Origin: a virus | Taxonomy: Duplodnaviria; Caudoviricetes | IMG/VR virus record: IMGVR_UViG_3300005827_000044 | Span: 1-28,370 of that record | Length of the DNA stretch: 28,370 nucleotides | Strand: one strand, 5' to 3' | Shown here: piece after piece, positions 10,025 through 17,468 of the stretch | Layout of the letters: the number at the start of each line of letters is the position of its first letter | Numbering within the stretch: the first letter of the stretch is position 1 | Position numbers and translations under genes: made by a program | Notes under the pieces: generated by a model | Databases searched by the model: none | What the model saw: only the letters and a program-made list of their open reading frames with translations | Told to the model about the DNA's origin: nothing

Positions 10025-11091
10025 TATCTGTTCCTCGTATAAGTTCTAATGTTCGCGTCAAAATATGTTACAGAACGATCCGTTTCTTCAATTTCGGCCC
10101 AATTCATAGATTCGTCTGCCAATTGCTTTAATTGAGCAAATCTCGCCGTAGCTTCCGGTATCTGCAACGAAATGCGTGCAGCCAACCCCCTCGAAAAAGC
10201 GTCAAGCCACCTTCTCGGTATCTCCACATTATCCTTAACGCTGACCACGTCTTGAATATGCCTATGAAGCAAAACAACATAAATCTCATAAGTATTATCT
10301 GGCGCAGGCCAGAGAAATAACCTTGGATTAGGCGCTTGCCGGTCAAACCAATAATTATAAGGCCGTCCAGAAGTATTTTTGAACGGCAGATTAAAATAAT
10401 CATCCCGATTATACGCCGCTGTCTGTAGTTCGTAATCATTATACGAATAAGATAATTCCCTTATAGAGACAAAATTCCCATCCGTTTCTCGGATTCGCCA
10501 ATAAAAACCCGAATCCTTGGTATCAACATCGTACCAATTCCAAGTGTTATCGATATAATCCTGAACACCCAAATCAAGCACGGTGGAATATGTTACCCCA
10601 TCTACACTAGACTCTATTACATAATGGTTAGTTACATCGCCCTGCGTTCTAAAACCAACACAAGTCAAGTTCTGATTGCTATTATAATGAAACCCTACAT
10701 ATCCATCCGGTAATATTTGAACTAAGGCAGTATCGAAATTCTCATCAAAAGCCAGATTGGCATTGCCGGAACTAGCAAAAGGTGTTCCAGTACCGCTTGT
10801 CGTGGTAGCGTTCCTTTGAACTCTGCGAACTTGAACATTAATTAAATCAACCGTTCTTTCCGGCAATTCATAAGTTTTTTGACCGGAATAAAGAGGAATA
10901 AGATGCCTCTGTAAGGCCCATAAATTTGTTCCTCTATTGACCATTTCTTGCTGTAAAAGATTAAGCTGCCTGATAGCAATTCGTATAACTTCGGCGCTTA
11001 TTGAAGAAGACGGCAGACCGCATTGCTGAATCGCATCTTCGATCAGCTCCATCACGGTCATGTTAAAACTGTATTGATTACTTGTTGCCAT
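10024..11091 (-). CDS. Head-tail adaptor (P22 gp4 / T7 gp11-like role) with inserted discoidin-like domain
   Basis: ELIEDA...CG, LNLL..E..NRG.NLW, GRP..YW.DR, LWPAPD and IPRRWL.A...GLA adaptor pattern. Insert at about residues 102-216. Confidence 0.75.
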   Translation of the reverse strand: MATSNQYSFNMTVMELIEDAIQQCGLPSSSISAEVIRIAIRQLNLLQQEMVNRGTNLWALQRHLIPLYSGQKTYELPERTVDLINVQVRRVQRNATTTSGTGTPFASSGNANLAFDENFDTALVQILPDGYVGFHYNSNQNLTCVGFRTQGDVTNHYVIESSVDGVTYSTVLDLGVQDYIDNTWNWYDVDTKDSGFYWRIRETDGNFVSIRELSYSYNDYELQTAAYNRDDYFNLPFKNTSGRPYNYWFDRQAPNPRLFLWPAPDNTYEIYVVLLHRHIQDVVSVKDNVEIPRRWLDAFSRGLAARISLQIPEATARFAQLKQLADESMNWAEIEETDRSVTYFDANIRTYTRNR

Positions 11092-11144
11092 CTCTATTTC
11101 TACCTACAAATCGCATACCATAGAGCGGCCTGCCTTATATTTTA

Positions 11145-11173
11145 AGTATATATTTTTCTCACCTTTACAGCAA
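11145..11173 (-). promoter_or_regulatory. Putative sigma70-like promoter for the tail operon
   Basis: Minus strand TTGCTG-N17-TATACT, about 55 nt upstream of ATG 11091. Confidence 0.5.
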
Positions 11174-11190
11174 GACCTAGCCGTATATTC

Positions 11191-11221
11191 CCCCGTCTAA
11201 AAAGGCGAAAATTAGACGGGG
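11191..11221 (-). terminator. GC-rich hairpin at the end of the capsid operon (terminator or mRNA 3'-end structure)
   Basis: Perfect 10-bp stem CCCCGTCTAA/TTAGACGGGG. A weaker hairpin lies at 11222-11242. No clear U-tract. Confidence 0.5.
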
Positions 11222-11247
11222 CGGAGGTTTTTTAAGCCCCCGAACCG

Positions 11248-11559
11248 TTAATCGTAAAACAAAACTACTGTTACCCCAGGGATACTTACTTGAACCGATA
11301 AACCATTTGTCGGCTTAAACCCTTCCGCAGACCATATTGGATTATAATAACTGCTTCCTAATACATAAGCCGTATAAAACTCATTATTTCCATCCATGTC
11401 TGACAAACCAACTACGGCAGCTGCACTAGGATTATATATATAAATCCCCCTAATTCTTCTTAAATCATTAGCGTCCCAAATCTGTTGGGAAAAGGCAAAT
11501 GAATCAGAAGTCACATTCAATGAACTTAGATACGCTCCATTTCCGGCGCCAATAGTCAT
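11248..11559 (-). CDS. Small beta-rich virion protein, paralogue 4 of 4
   Basis: GAYL, RRIRGI, VLGSS, WSAEGF and LFYD are shared with neighbours. Confidence 0.75.
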   Translation of the reverse strand: MTIGAGNGAYLSSLNVTSDSFAFSQQIWDANDLRRIRGIYIYNPSAAAVVGLSDMDGNNEFYTAYVLGSSYYNPIWSAEGFKPTNGLSVQVSIPGVTVVLFYD

Positions 11560-11849
11560 TAATCCACAAACAAGGCTACAGACAGCCCCCCTCCGCTTAT
11601 CGAAACATAAATTCCGTCATAGAAAGTAAACCCCTCCCCAGACCAGTAAAGAGGCCCTTGAGACGATCCAAGAACCGGGATCGTAAGAACAGTATTGCCA
11701 CCGCTCCCACGATCTAAAAGCGAAAAAGAGCCAGCCGCTCCGCTATTGTAGAACTGAACGCCCCTAACTCTGCGTCGCACTCCCCTTGGAACAAGCTGCG
11801 TTGTTGAACTAGCGACATAGTTTGTGAGATAAGCCCCGGTTCCAGCCAT
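11559..11849 (-). CDS. Small beta-rich virion protein, paralogue 3 of 4
   Basis: GAYL, RRVRGV, VLGSS, WSGEGF.F, IYV, LFVD. Confidence 0.75.
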   Translation of the reverse strand: MAGTGAYLTNYVASSTTQLVPRGVRRRVRGVQFYNSGAAGSFSLLDRGSGGNTVLTIPVLGSSQGPLYWSGEGFTFYDGIYVSISGGGLSVALFVD

Positions 11850-11850
11850 T

Positions 11851-12144
11851 TTAACTACCTAAAGAGTAAATTATTGTTGCCGTTACGCCAATCGGTATTT
11901 CGACATACATATCTTGTGTGAAAAGCAATCCAGAGTTTATCGATATGTAATTTGAGCTATTAGGCAAAATCCTTAACTCGATTTCTTTATGGCCTAATAG
12001 TCCACCATCCCAAAAAACCAGCTGATCTTCGCTTGCGCTTGTCGAAACGTAATGAATGCCAAGCAACCAAACGGGCGATGCAAACACTTCACCTGTTACA
12101 GTCAAATATTTCGTATCGGTGCCTGCGCTTAAACCTACTGTCAT
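11851..12144 (-). CDS. Small beta-rich virion protein, paralogue 2 of 4
   Basis: YLTVTG, WDGG, GLLFTQDMYV, P.G...TIIY. Confidence 0.75.
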   Translation of the reverse strand: MTVGLSAGTDTKYLTVTGEVFASPVWLLGIHYVSTSASEDQLVFWDGGLLGHKEIELRILPNSSNYISINSGLLFTQDMYVEIPIGVTATIIYSLGS

Positions 12145-12440
12145 GGCGTCCCCGTATCATAATAAATCGTTACTCGCGTACCTACCGGTAAACTAACATA
12201 TAAATCTGTCGTAAATTTAATGCCTTCACCAGAAAACATAGAATTAAATGATACGCCGTTAGCCCCAGGAGATGCACGCTGATATTTAATCGTTCCGCCA
12301 GCACCGCCGTCTCGAAGAATAATATCCCCATTTATAGCTCCTGACACCCCATCCATGCCGCGAAACATGCAAGGGCCATTTACAGCCGCCCCGGTTGCCG
12401 TCATGTAAACGGTTAAGTTTTGAATACCTTGTCCTGACAT
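12141..12440 (-). CDS. Small beta-rich virion protein, paralogue 1 of 4
   Basis: YMTATG, FRGM, RDGG, GEGIKFTTDLYV, P.G...TIYYD. Confidence 0.75.
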   Translation of the reverse strand: MSGQGIQNLTVYMTATGAAVNGPCMFRGMDGVSGAINGDIILRDGGAGGTIKYQRASPGANGVSFNSMFSGEGIKFTTDLYVSLPVGTRVTIYYDTGTP

Positions 12441-12442
12441 GA

Positions 12443-13186
12443 TTAAGCCTGTGTCACACCCAAAGCGCCAACCGTTGTCGCAAACGGCCCAGCTTGAATG
12501 CCCTCTAACATCAAAAGTACCGCCAAAATACGCGAACCATTCGGGGCAGCACCCGCAGGAGTAATCGTTCCACGGACATCGCCCGTAGTTGCCGTAGCCG
12601 TATTTGTATCAGCTACAACTACCGTCGCCGCATTATCAGCTGTTGTATTATCCCATCCAATTCGCGCCAAGAACCCACGGTCTCTAACTCTAAAGGGGAA
12701 TCCAAAGATATTAGTCGTTCCAGCCGAAATATTAGACGCTGCCGCCGAAGTCGTAATGCTTGTGATAAAAGCAAAAGCTTTTTGAAAATTCGCGGTTGTA
12801 ATATTCGGGCCAGCGCGAGTTTCCGTCATAGCCTGCCCGTACTGATCGAAGCCAGATACAGTAATATTAACAGCGCTTAAATTAGCCGTCGAAGTAATGC
12901 TAATCGCACGCGGAACATCTAATCGATATGCTGTAACACCACGAACTGTAGTCTGCGTAACGCCAGCGCCCGCTGTCAAAACCACATTGCCAGCACCCGC
13001 CAAAGCCTGAGAAGCAGCCAAATTATTAGTGGCCGAAGCCGCTGGAGTAATGATAAAATTATAAGTTAAACCGCCAGGCCCCACCCCGCGACCAGATGGG
13101 TTGTTAATTGATCCAATCGAAGAATCGCTTGAGCCAACAATGCCCGTAACAGCATTGCCTAAGAATAAATAATCACTAATGTGCAT
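12443..13186 (-). CDS. Virion structural protein (capsid decoration/spike-like)
   Basis: 247 aa, Ala/Thr/Gly-rich. LDVPRAISIT, VSGFDQYGQAMTE and TGDVRGT. GGGAG RBS. Directly after the major capsid gene. Confidence 0.7.
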   Translation of the reverse strand: MHISDYLFLGNAVTGIVGSSDSSIGSINNPSGRGVGPGGLTYNFIITPAASATNNLAASQALAGAGNVVLTAGAGVTQTTVRGVTAYRLDVPRAISITSTANLSAVNITVSGFDQYGQAMTETRAGPNITTANFQKAFAFITSITTSAAASNISAGTTNIFGFPFRVRDRGFLARIGWDNTTADNAATVVVADTNTATATTGDVRGTITPAGAAPNGSRILAVLLMLEGIQAGPFATTVGALGVTQA

Positions 13187-13219
13187 TTCAAAATACTCCC
13201 ATGAAGGAATTATGTTTAA

Positions 13220-13243
13220 TGGCAGACATTATGCGGTCTGCCA
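13220..13243 (-). terminator. Hairpin just downstream of the major capsid gene
   Basis: 8-bp stem TGGCAGAC/GTCTGCCA about 12 nt after the stop codon. Weak U-tract, so possibly an attenuator or stabiliser. Confidence 0.45.
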
Positions 13244-13254
13244 GCGCATTTTTG

Positions 13255-14208
13255 TTAAAACCCTGCCGAACCAATAATATCGCGCCATTCTGTCCAGTTG
13301 AAAGCGAAACGATCATAATTCTTGATCCGCAATGCTTCAGATGTGAAAGAAGGCTCCATTGTTAATTCGATCTCAGTACGTTTAGCCATGAACAACCCGT
13401 GATTATTCGGGTTTTTATCCATAGAATCCGTTTGGATAAACCAAGCCGAAGGCGAAGTGAGACGTTGCATGACAACATATCCATCGCTAAACAGCGGATT
13501 CAATGGGTTCTGGTCGTTGTTATTCGTACCAGTCCGCAAATAAGACTGAAGAATAACAGGGGCTTGCAACGAAAGAGCCGTAGGAACAATTAGCTTTTTC
13601 GGGTTTAACTGAATAAACCGACCCGTGTTATCCGTAAACGAATAAATCTGCGTTACCGCTTGTTCAACCGCAGTCTGCGATAAAACAGGATCACCAGCCA
13701 CCCGGTTACTTAGTGTAGAACCACCCAACGGTGATGCAACAGCTAATGGGTGAGCCGTGCTAACCAAAGGCTGACCATCGCCAGGGTTAGCCGTGAAGCT
13801 TGAGTTAAACGCAAAGTTTAGAATATTTGCGCCTTCAATTTCACGACGTTCCATAGCAGAGATCATCAATTCAGTCGAATAACGCATGGCAAGATCAACA
13901 TGCTCACCGTCATCTAACGATTCACGAGAAATCGGAACCGCCAACGAATAAGCCTGATAAACCAGCCGGGTTAAATACTGAGTCGAGAAAGAAGTATATT
14001 GCGTAGGGCCGCCAGACGGTTTCAAAGATGAAACCGGGAGACCCGTCATATACACTTCTTCATGGTAAGCGCGTTCAACACCTTTTACGATTTTGAAAAC
14101 CTTGTCATATTGAGTCGGTCTCGTTTTGTAATTCTCAGATACTACGTTAAGGATAGGTTCAACTACGCCTTGTAACTGAGCATTAGTAACAATACTACCT
14201 TGTGCCAT
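13255..14208 (-). CDS. Major capsid protein (HK97 fold)
   Basis: 317 aa. DGQPLVSTAHP, PKKLIVPTAL, LTSPSAWFIQTD and RFAFNWTEWRDIIGS. Strong GGAG RBS. Position after scaffold. Confidence 0.85.
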   Translation of the reverse strand: MAQGSIVTNAQLQGVVEPILNVVSENYKTRPTQYDKVFKIVKGVERAYHEEVYMTGLPVSSLKPSGGPTQYTSFSTQYLTRLVYQAYSLAVPISRESLDDGEHVDLAMRYSTELMISAMERREIEGANILNFAFNSSFTANPGDGQPLVSTAHPLAVASPLGGSTLSNRVAGDPVLSQTAVEQAVTQIYSFTDNTGRFIQLNPKKLIVPTALSLQAPVILQSYLRTGTNNNDQNPLNPLFSDGYVVMQRLTSPSAWFIQTDSMDKNPNNHGLFMAKRTEIELTMEPSFTSEALRIKNYDRFAFNWTEWRDIIGSAGF

Positions 14209-14220
14209 ATTCTATACTCC

Positions 14221-14802
14221 TTATACCCCGGCCTTATCGCCAAAATACTGCGAACGACCGATTTGACCTTGGACGATCACGAATGGATCACCCCAATTGT
14301 TATTAGGCAAAGGGGCTAACCCAGTTACCCGGAATTGACCTACGCCAACACCTCTTGTTGCAACACCCAACGTGCATTGAGAGCGACCCTGACTATCACT
14401 GGCAGTGATGTTCGTAAAGTTTGCGGTCTCCCCCACAACGTCCGCGCCGACAGACCCGTCGAATTGGCAATAATAAACCAAATCGCCTGCATCTGTATAA
14501 GCAACATCTGTCGAAGTTCCCGACTGCAAAACCGTGTTTGCGGGCCAGGAAAGAGCATAAACCGGACGACCTCCGGCTGGAGTATAAATCACCCCGTCAA
14601 ACACCCCAATCCAATCGTCCGTCGTTGATTGAATAGGAATAATATTACCATTGGAATCCCTGCGAACAGGTTGACCATAATAAAGACTTTGATTGTACCC
14701 ACTCGGGATCAATCCCGTCCGGATACCAGATGCCAATGGCACAATGCCGGAAGTTTTACTTTCCGCGATTGCAAGGCCAAATGGCCTACTTACTTGAGAC
14801 AT
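14221..14802 (-). CDS. Capsid-associated (cement/decoration-like) protein
   Basis: PFGL, IPSGY...LYYGQPV, IGVFDGVIYT and VYYCQFDG. Immediately before the major capsid gene. GAGG RBS. Confidence 0.65.
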   Translation of the reverse strand: MSQVSRPFGLAIAESKTSGIVPLASGIRTGLIPSGYNQSLYYGQPVRRDSNGNIIPIQSTTDDWIGVFDGVIYTPAGGRPVYALSWPANTVLQSGTSTDVAYTDAGDLVYYCQFDGSVGADVVGETANFTNITASDSQGRSQCTLGVATRGVGVGQFRVTGLAPLPNNNWGDPFVIVQGQIGRSQYFGDKAGV

Positions 14803-14811
14803 ATTTTAACC

Positions 14812-15459
14812 TCATGTCCATGATTGAGGAGTCTTCTTCGATCTCATTAAATTAATAGAATTGTATAGTTCCGCAGCCCCAACAATCTCACCACCCGTGG
14901 ATTGAACAAATCCAGTTTCTTTAGCGAATTGCGCATCGGCCATTTCTCTAGGCAATTGATCGTGATAACGTTTCATAATCACGTTATAATCATCGACATG
15001 AATTTTGAAGCAAACTAAATCGCCTGACGACAAATATCCTTCCCACCCATTGATAGGCATTCCCGCGTAACGCTCGAATTGCTGGCCTTCCAGTTCATCC
15101 AAGGTAACTGGCTTATAGCCAAGTTTGAGTTTGAGTGCGACATCCGACCTTCCTTGAGGAGACAAGACTTCTAAATAAGTCACTTTCCAATCTGGCCCCA
15201 AATCAGGGATCGGATACTTCCACATTCTAAAATCATTGGTTTTTCTAAGTTCTTCTTCAGTAAAATCTCTAGCCCCGCGAGACTCCTTTGCGCGGCTCGA
15301 TTCTTCGATGAATCGCCTAAATTCCTGATTGTTCTTATGGAACACGTCAGGATCACCTTTAATGCCGTTTACCGCATTGTTCATGCGCAAATCGGCTTCC
15401 TCATCACGCACTATATCCGCAGCGCGTATAATCACAGGCTCATTCGGTTTATTAGCCAT
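14812..15459 (-). CDS. Head-module protein of unknown function
   Basis: Start moved to ATG 15459 (GAGGA RBS). IPDLGPDW...LKLGYKPV...GDLVCFKI. Lies between scaffold and capsid genes. Confidence 0.7.
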   Translation of the reverse strand: MANKPNEPVIIRAADIVRDEEADLRMNNAVNGIKGDPDVFHKNNQEFRRFIEESSRAKESRGARDFTEEELRKTNDFRMWKYPIPDLGPDWKVTYLEVLSPQGRSDVALKLKLGYKPVTLDELEGQQFERYAGMPINGWEGYLSSGDLVCFKIHVDDYNVIMKRYHDQLPREMADAQFAKETGFVQSTGGEIVGAAELYNSINLMRSKKTPQSWT

Positions 15460-16507
15460 GTTTAATTCCTCTTTCATTAACCTTTAAGCAAGAAACTAAA
15501 TATCTATCCAAATCTTGCTTAGTGAAATTTCCTTTTGACCTTAAAGCTTCTAATCCAAGCCTTTGATCTTTTGTCAATTGATTCTCCGCGTCTTGAACGC
15601 TTATTCGCCTTTTAATCGTTGCCACATTGCCTCCATTAACGCCCGCAGAACCAACCGGCACTTTCGCTGGCGCAGCTGGTCGTTTTAATGGCGTAACATT
15701 ATTTTCTTGAGTGTCGTCCTCATACCGATATGCAAAAATATTCTTTGAATAGGAATCAACAGCTTCCCAAAATTTAGGGTTATCTCTTGTTAATCCACTC
15801 AAAAGAAGGCTATTAGCATAAGTATCAAGAAGCCCCATTTCTTCACGATCGGCACTATTTACCCAAGGATTTAACTCAGTGAATTTCTGCGCCAACAAAT
15901 GCGCCCGACGCTCAGCATCGGCTTGAGCCGCTTGAGGCTGAGCCTGCGGTTGAGCCTGTTGCTGCCAAGCGTTCTTTTGCTGTGCAAGCTCAAGCTCATA
16001 TTTGATACGATTAGCTTCACTAATTTCTTTTCTAAGAGCTTTAACGGCTTGCTGATCCGAATTGACAATAGCCGCAGATAAATCATCCTCAGCCCTATCA
16101 ATATAAGCATCTACATCACTAATTTTATCTTCAATATTAGATGCCCTGGTTTGAACCAATCCACGCCTTAACTCGTCCAATTCCCGACGCAACAAAACAT
16201 TGGCCTGTTCCATCTCCAAAAGACGCCGTTGCTCTTGAAGGCGATAATATTCCTTCTTGGCCTTATTCTCTAAACGTCTTTGGCGGTTGCGTTCTGTTTT
16301 AGCGGAAACCTGCTCTTGAGTATCAGTTTGATTTACAGGCTCGTCACCATCTAAAACAATAGCTTCTTCTTGAGATTCCTTCCCAAGGTCAAGGGCTATC
16401 TGACCCCCTTCGGGCTTGCTATCAACTGGCTTCTCAGGCTCGGTCGTAGGCGCTTCATTATCAAGAACGATCTCGATTTCGTTTTCTAAATTCTCTGTAT
16501 CAGCCAT
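15452..16507 (-). CDS. Capsid scaffolding protein
   Basis: Start at 16507 (TAATG coupling). Acidic N-terminus, long coiled coil, F...NPW, and C-terminal LTKDQR helical capsid-binding-like segment. Confidence 0.7.
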   Translation of the reverse strand: MADTENLENEIEIVLDNEAPTTEPEKPVDSKPEGGQIALDLGKESQEEAIVLDGDEPVNQTDTQEQVSAKTERNRQRRLENKAKKEYYRLQEQRRLLEMEQANVLLRRELDELRRGLVQTRASNIEDKISDVDAYIDRAEDDLSAAIVNSDQQAVKALRKEISEANRIKYELELAQQKNAWQQQAQPQAQPQAAQADAERRAHLLAQKFTELNPWVNSADREEMGLLDTYANSLLLSGLTRDNPKFWEAVDSYSKNIFAYRYEDDTQENNVTPLKRPAAPAKVPVGSAGVNGGNVATIKRRISVQDAENQLTKDQRLGLEALRSKGNFTKQDLDRYLVSCLKVNERGIKHG

Positions 16508-17106
16508 TAGATATGCCCCCAATATTTCTTAATATCTAAGGGATTACCGATTATTACCCCGGCAATATCCCGTTCACGACATAGGCCAAACCCAATCAAA
16601 CGACCGCTGCTATTCGGGTCTTCTACCCCCCAACGATCAGGAGCCATTTTCACCGAACGCACAAACTGACCAGGCCGCACATAAGCGCCTTCCGGCCATT
16701 CCTCAAAAACCGCAGAACCATCTGGATTTCGTAAAATTTGCCCGTTTTCATCCAATGACGGAGATTTATTCCTAAAAGCTAGCGGCCCTAAAGCCAAAAC
16801 CCGAGCCACTACAATCTCCGCCTTGAATATATCCATTCCCGTTTCAGGGATGTATAAACTACCCACTTTATTAGGCGGCAATTGATACTGGATCAAAATA
16901 AAATCCCCGGTCGGTTGTATGCCGGGGTTCACATGCGACGGGAAATATTCAAGAATCTTCTTTCTGGTTTCCGCATCAATGTCCCCAATTTCATCCCAAG
17001 GAATATCGGGATACACAAAACCACTCACTTTGCTTTTTCTCTCAGACAACGAAACTACATTACTTGTAGTTATCTTTTCTGATAAATTCGCCTTTTTTTT
17101 ACTCAT
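16507..17106 (-). CDS. GroES/Cpn10-like co-chaperonin
   Basis: IQPTGDFILI, KVGSLYIPET (mobile loop), ARVLALGP, VRPGQFV and RERDIAGVI follow the Cpn10 pattern. About 60-aa N-terminal extension. Confidence 0.75.
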   Translation of the reverse strand: MSKKKANLSEKITTSNVVSLSERKSKVSGFVYPDIPWDEIGDIDAETRKKILEYFPSHVNPGIQPTGDFILIQYQLPPNKVGSLYIPETGMDIFKAEIVVARVLALGPLAFRNKSPSLDENGQILRNPDGSAVFEEWPEGAYVRPGQFVRSVKMAPDRWGVEDPNSSGRLIGFGLCRERDIAGVIIGNPLDIKKYWGHI

Positions 17107-17287
17107 CTCGCCTTTTCTCTTTTTCTAAAACATGATGAATCATCTGAAGAGCCTGCTTTAATCCTGAATATACACCCTGCATTTCGACATACTTCTCATA
17201 CGGGGTTGGCGAAGAAAATACATCATCGCTATAGCGTTGCATTTCTTCTTTTATCATCTTTATGATTTCAGCTAATTCTTCGTTCAT
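17099..17287 (-). CDS. Small helical phage protein upstream of the co-chaperonin
   Basis: About 62 aa, YEKY..MQG...GLKQAL. Overlaps the start of the GroES-like gene. Confidence 0.7.
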   Translation of the reverse strand: MNEELAEIIKMIKEEMQRYSDDVFSSPTPYEKYVEMQGVYSGLKQALQMIHHVLEKEKRRDE

Positions 17288-17291
17288 CAAA

Positions 17292-17468
17292 TTACATATA
17301 CTTTTTGTATCGTTCGCTTTGACTCATAACTTTAGGCATCTTCTCGCCTTTGCCAGACATCATGCCGCCTTCTTTGTATGGCTTGCCCGTCATGGCCATT
17401 TTCTTATGCTGATTGAGCTTCATTCCGCCCATATCTTTTTTCATCATAGGTTTTTTGGAACCCTTCAT
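17292..17468 (-). CDS. 58-aa Lys/Met-rich basic protein with two xxxGG motifs (absent from the ORF track)
   Basis: MKGSKKPMMKKDMGGMKLNQHKKMAMTGKPYKEGGMMSGKGEKMPKVMSQSERYKKYM. GAGGAG RBS, ATGA overlap with the ART stop, fills the gap between genes. Confidence 0.8.
   Translation of the reverse strand: MKGSKKPMMKKDMGGMKLNQHKKMAMTGKPYKEGGMMSGKGEKMPKVMSQSERYKKYM

Noticed and set aside
15920-15965. Short repeats encoding QAQPQAQPQAAQA
   Set aside because: An ordinary low-complexity linker in the scaffold protein, not a DNA-level repeat element.
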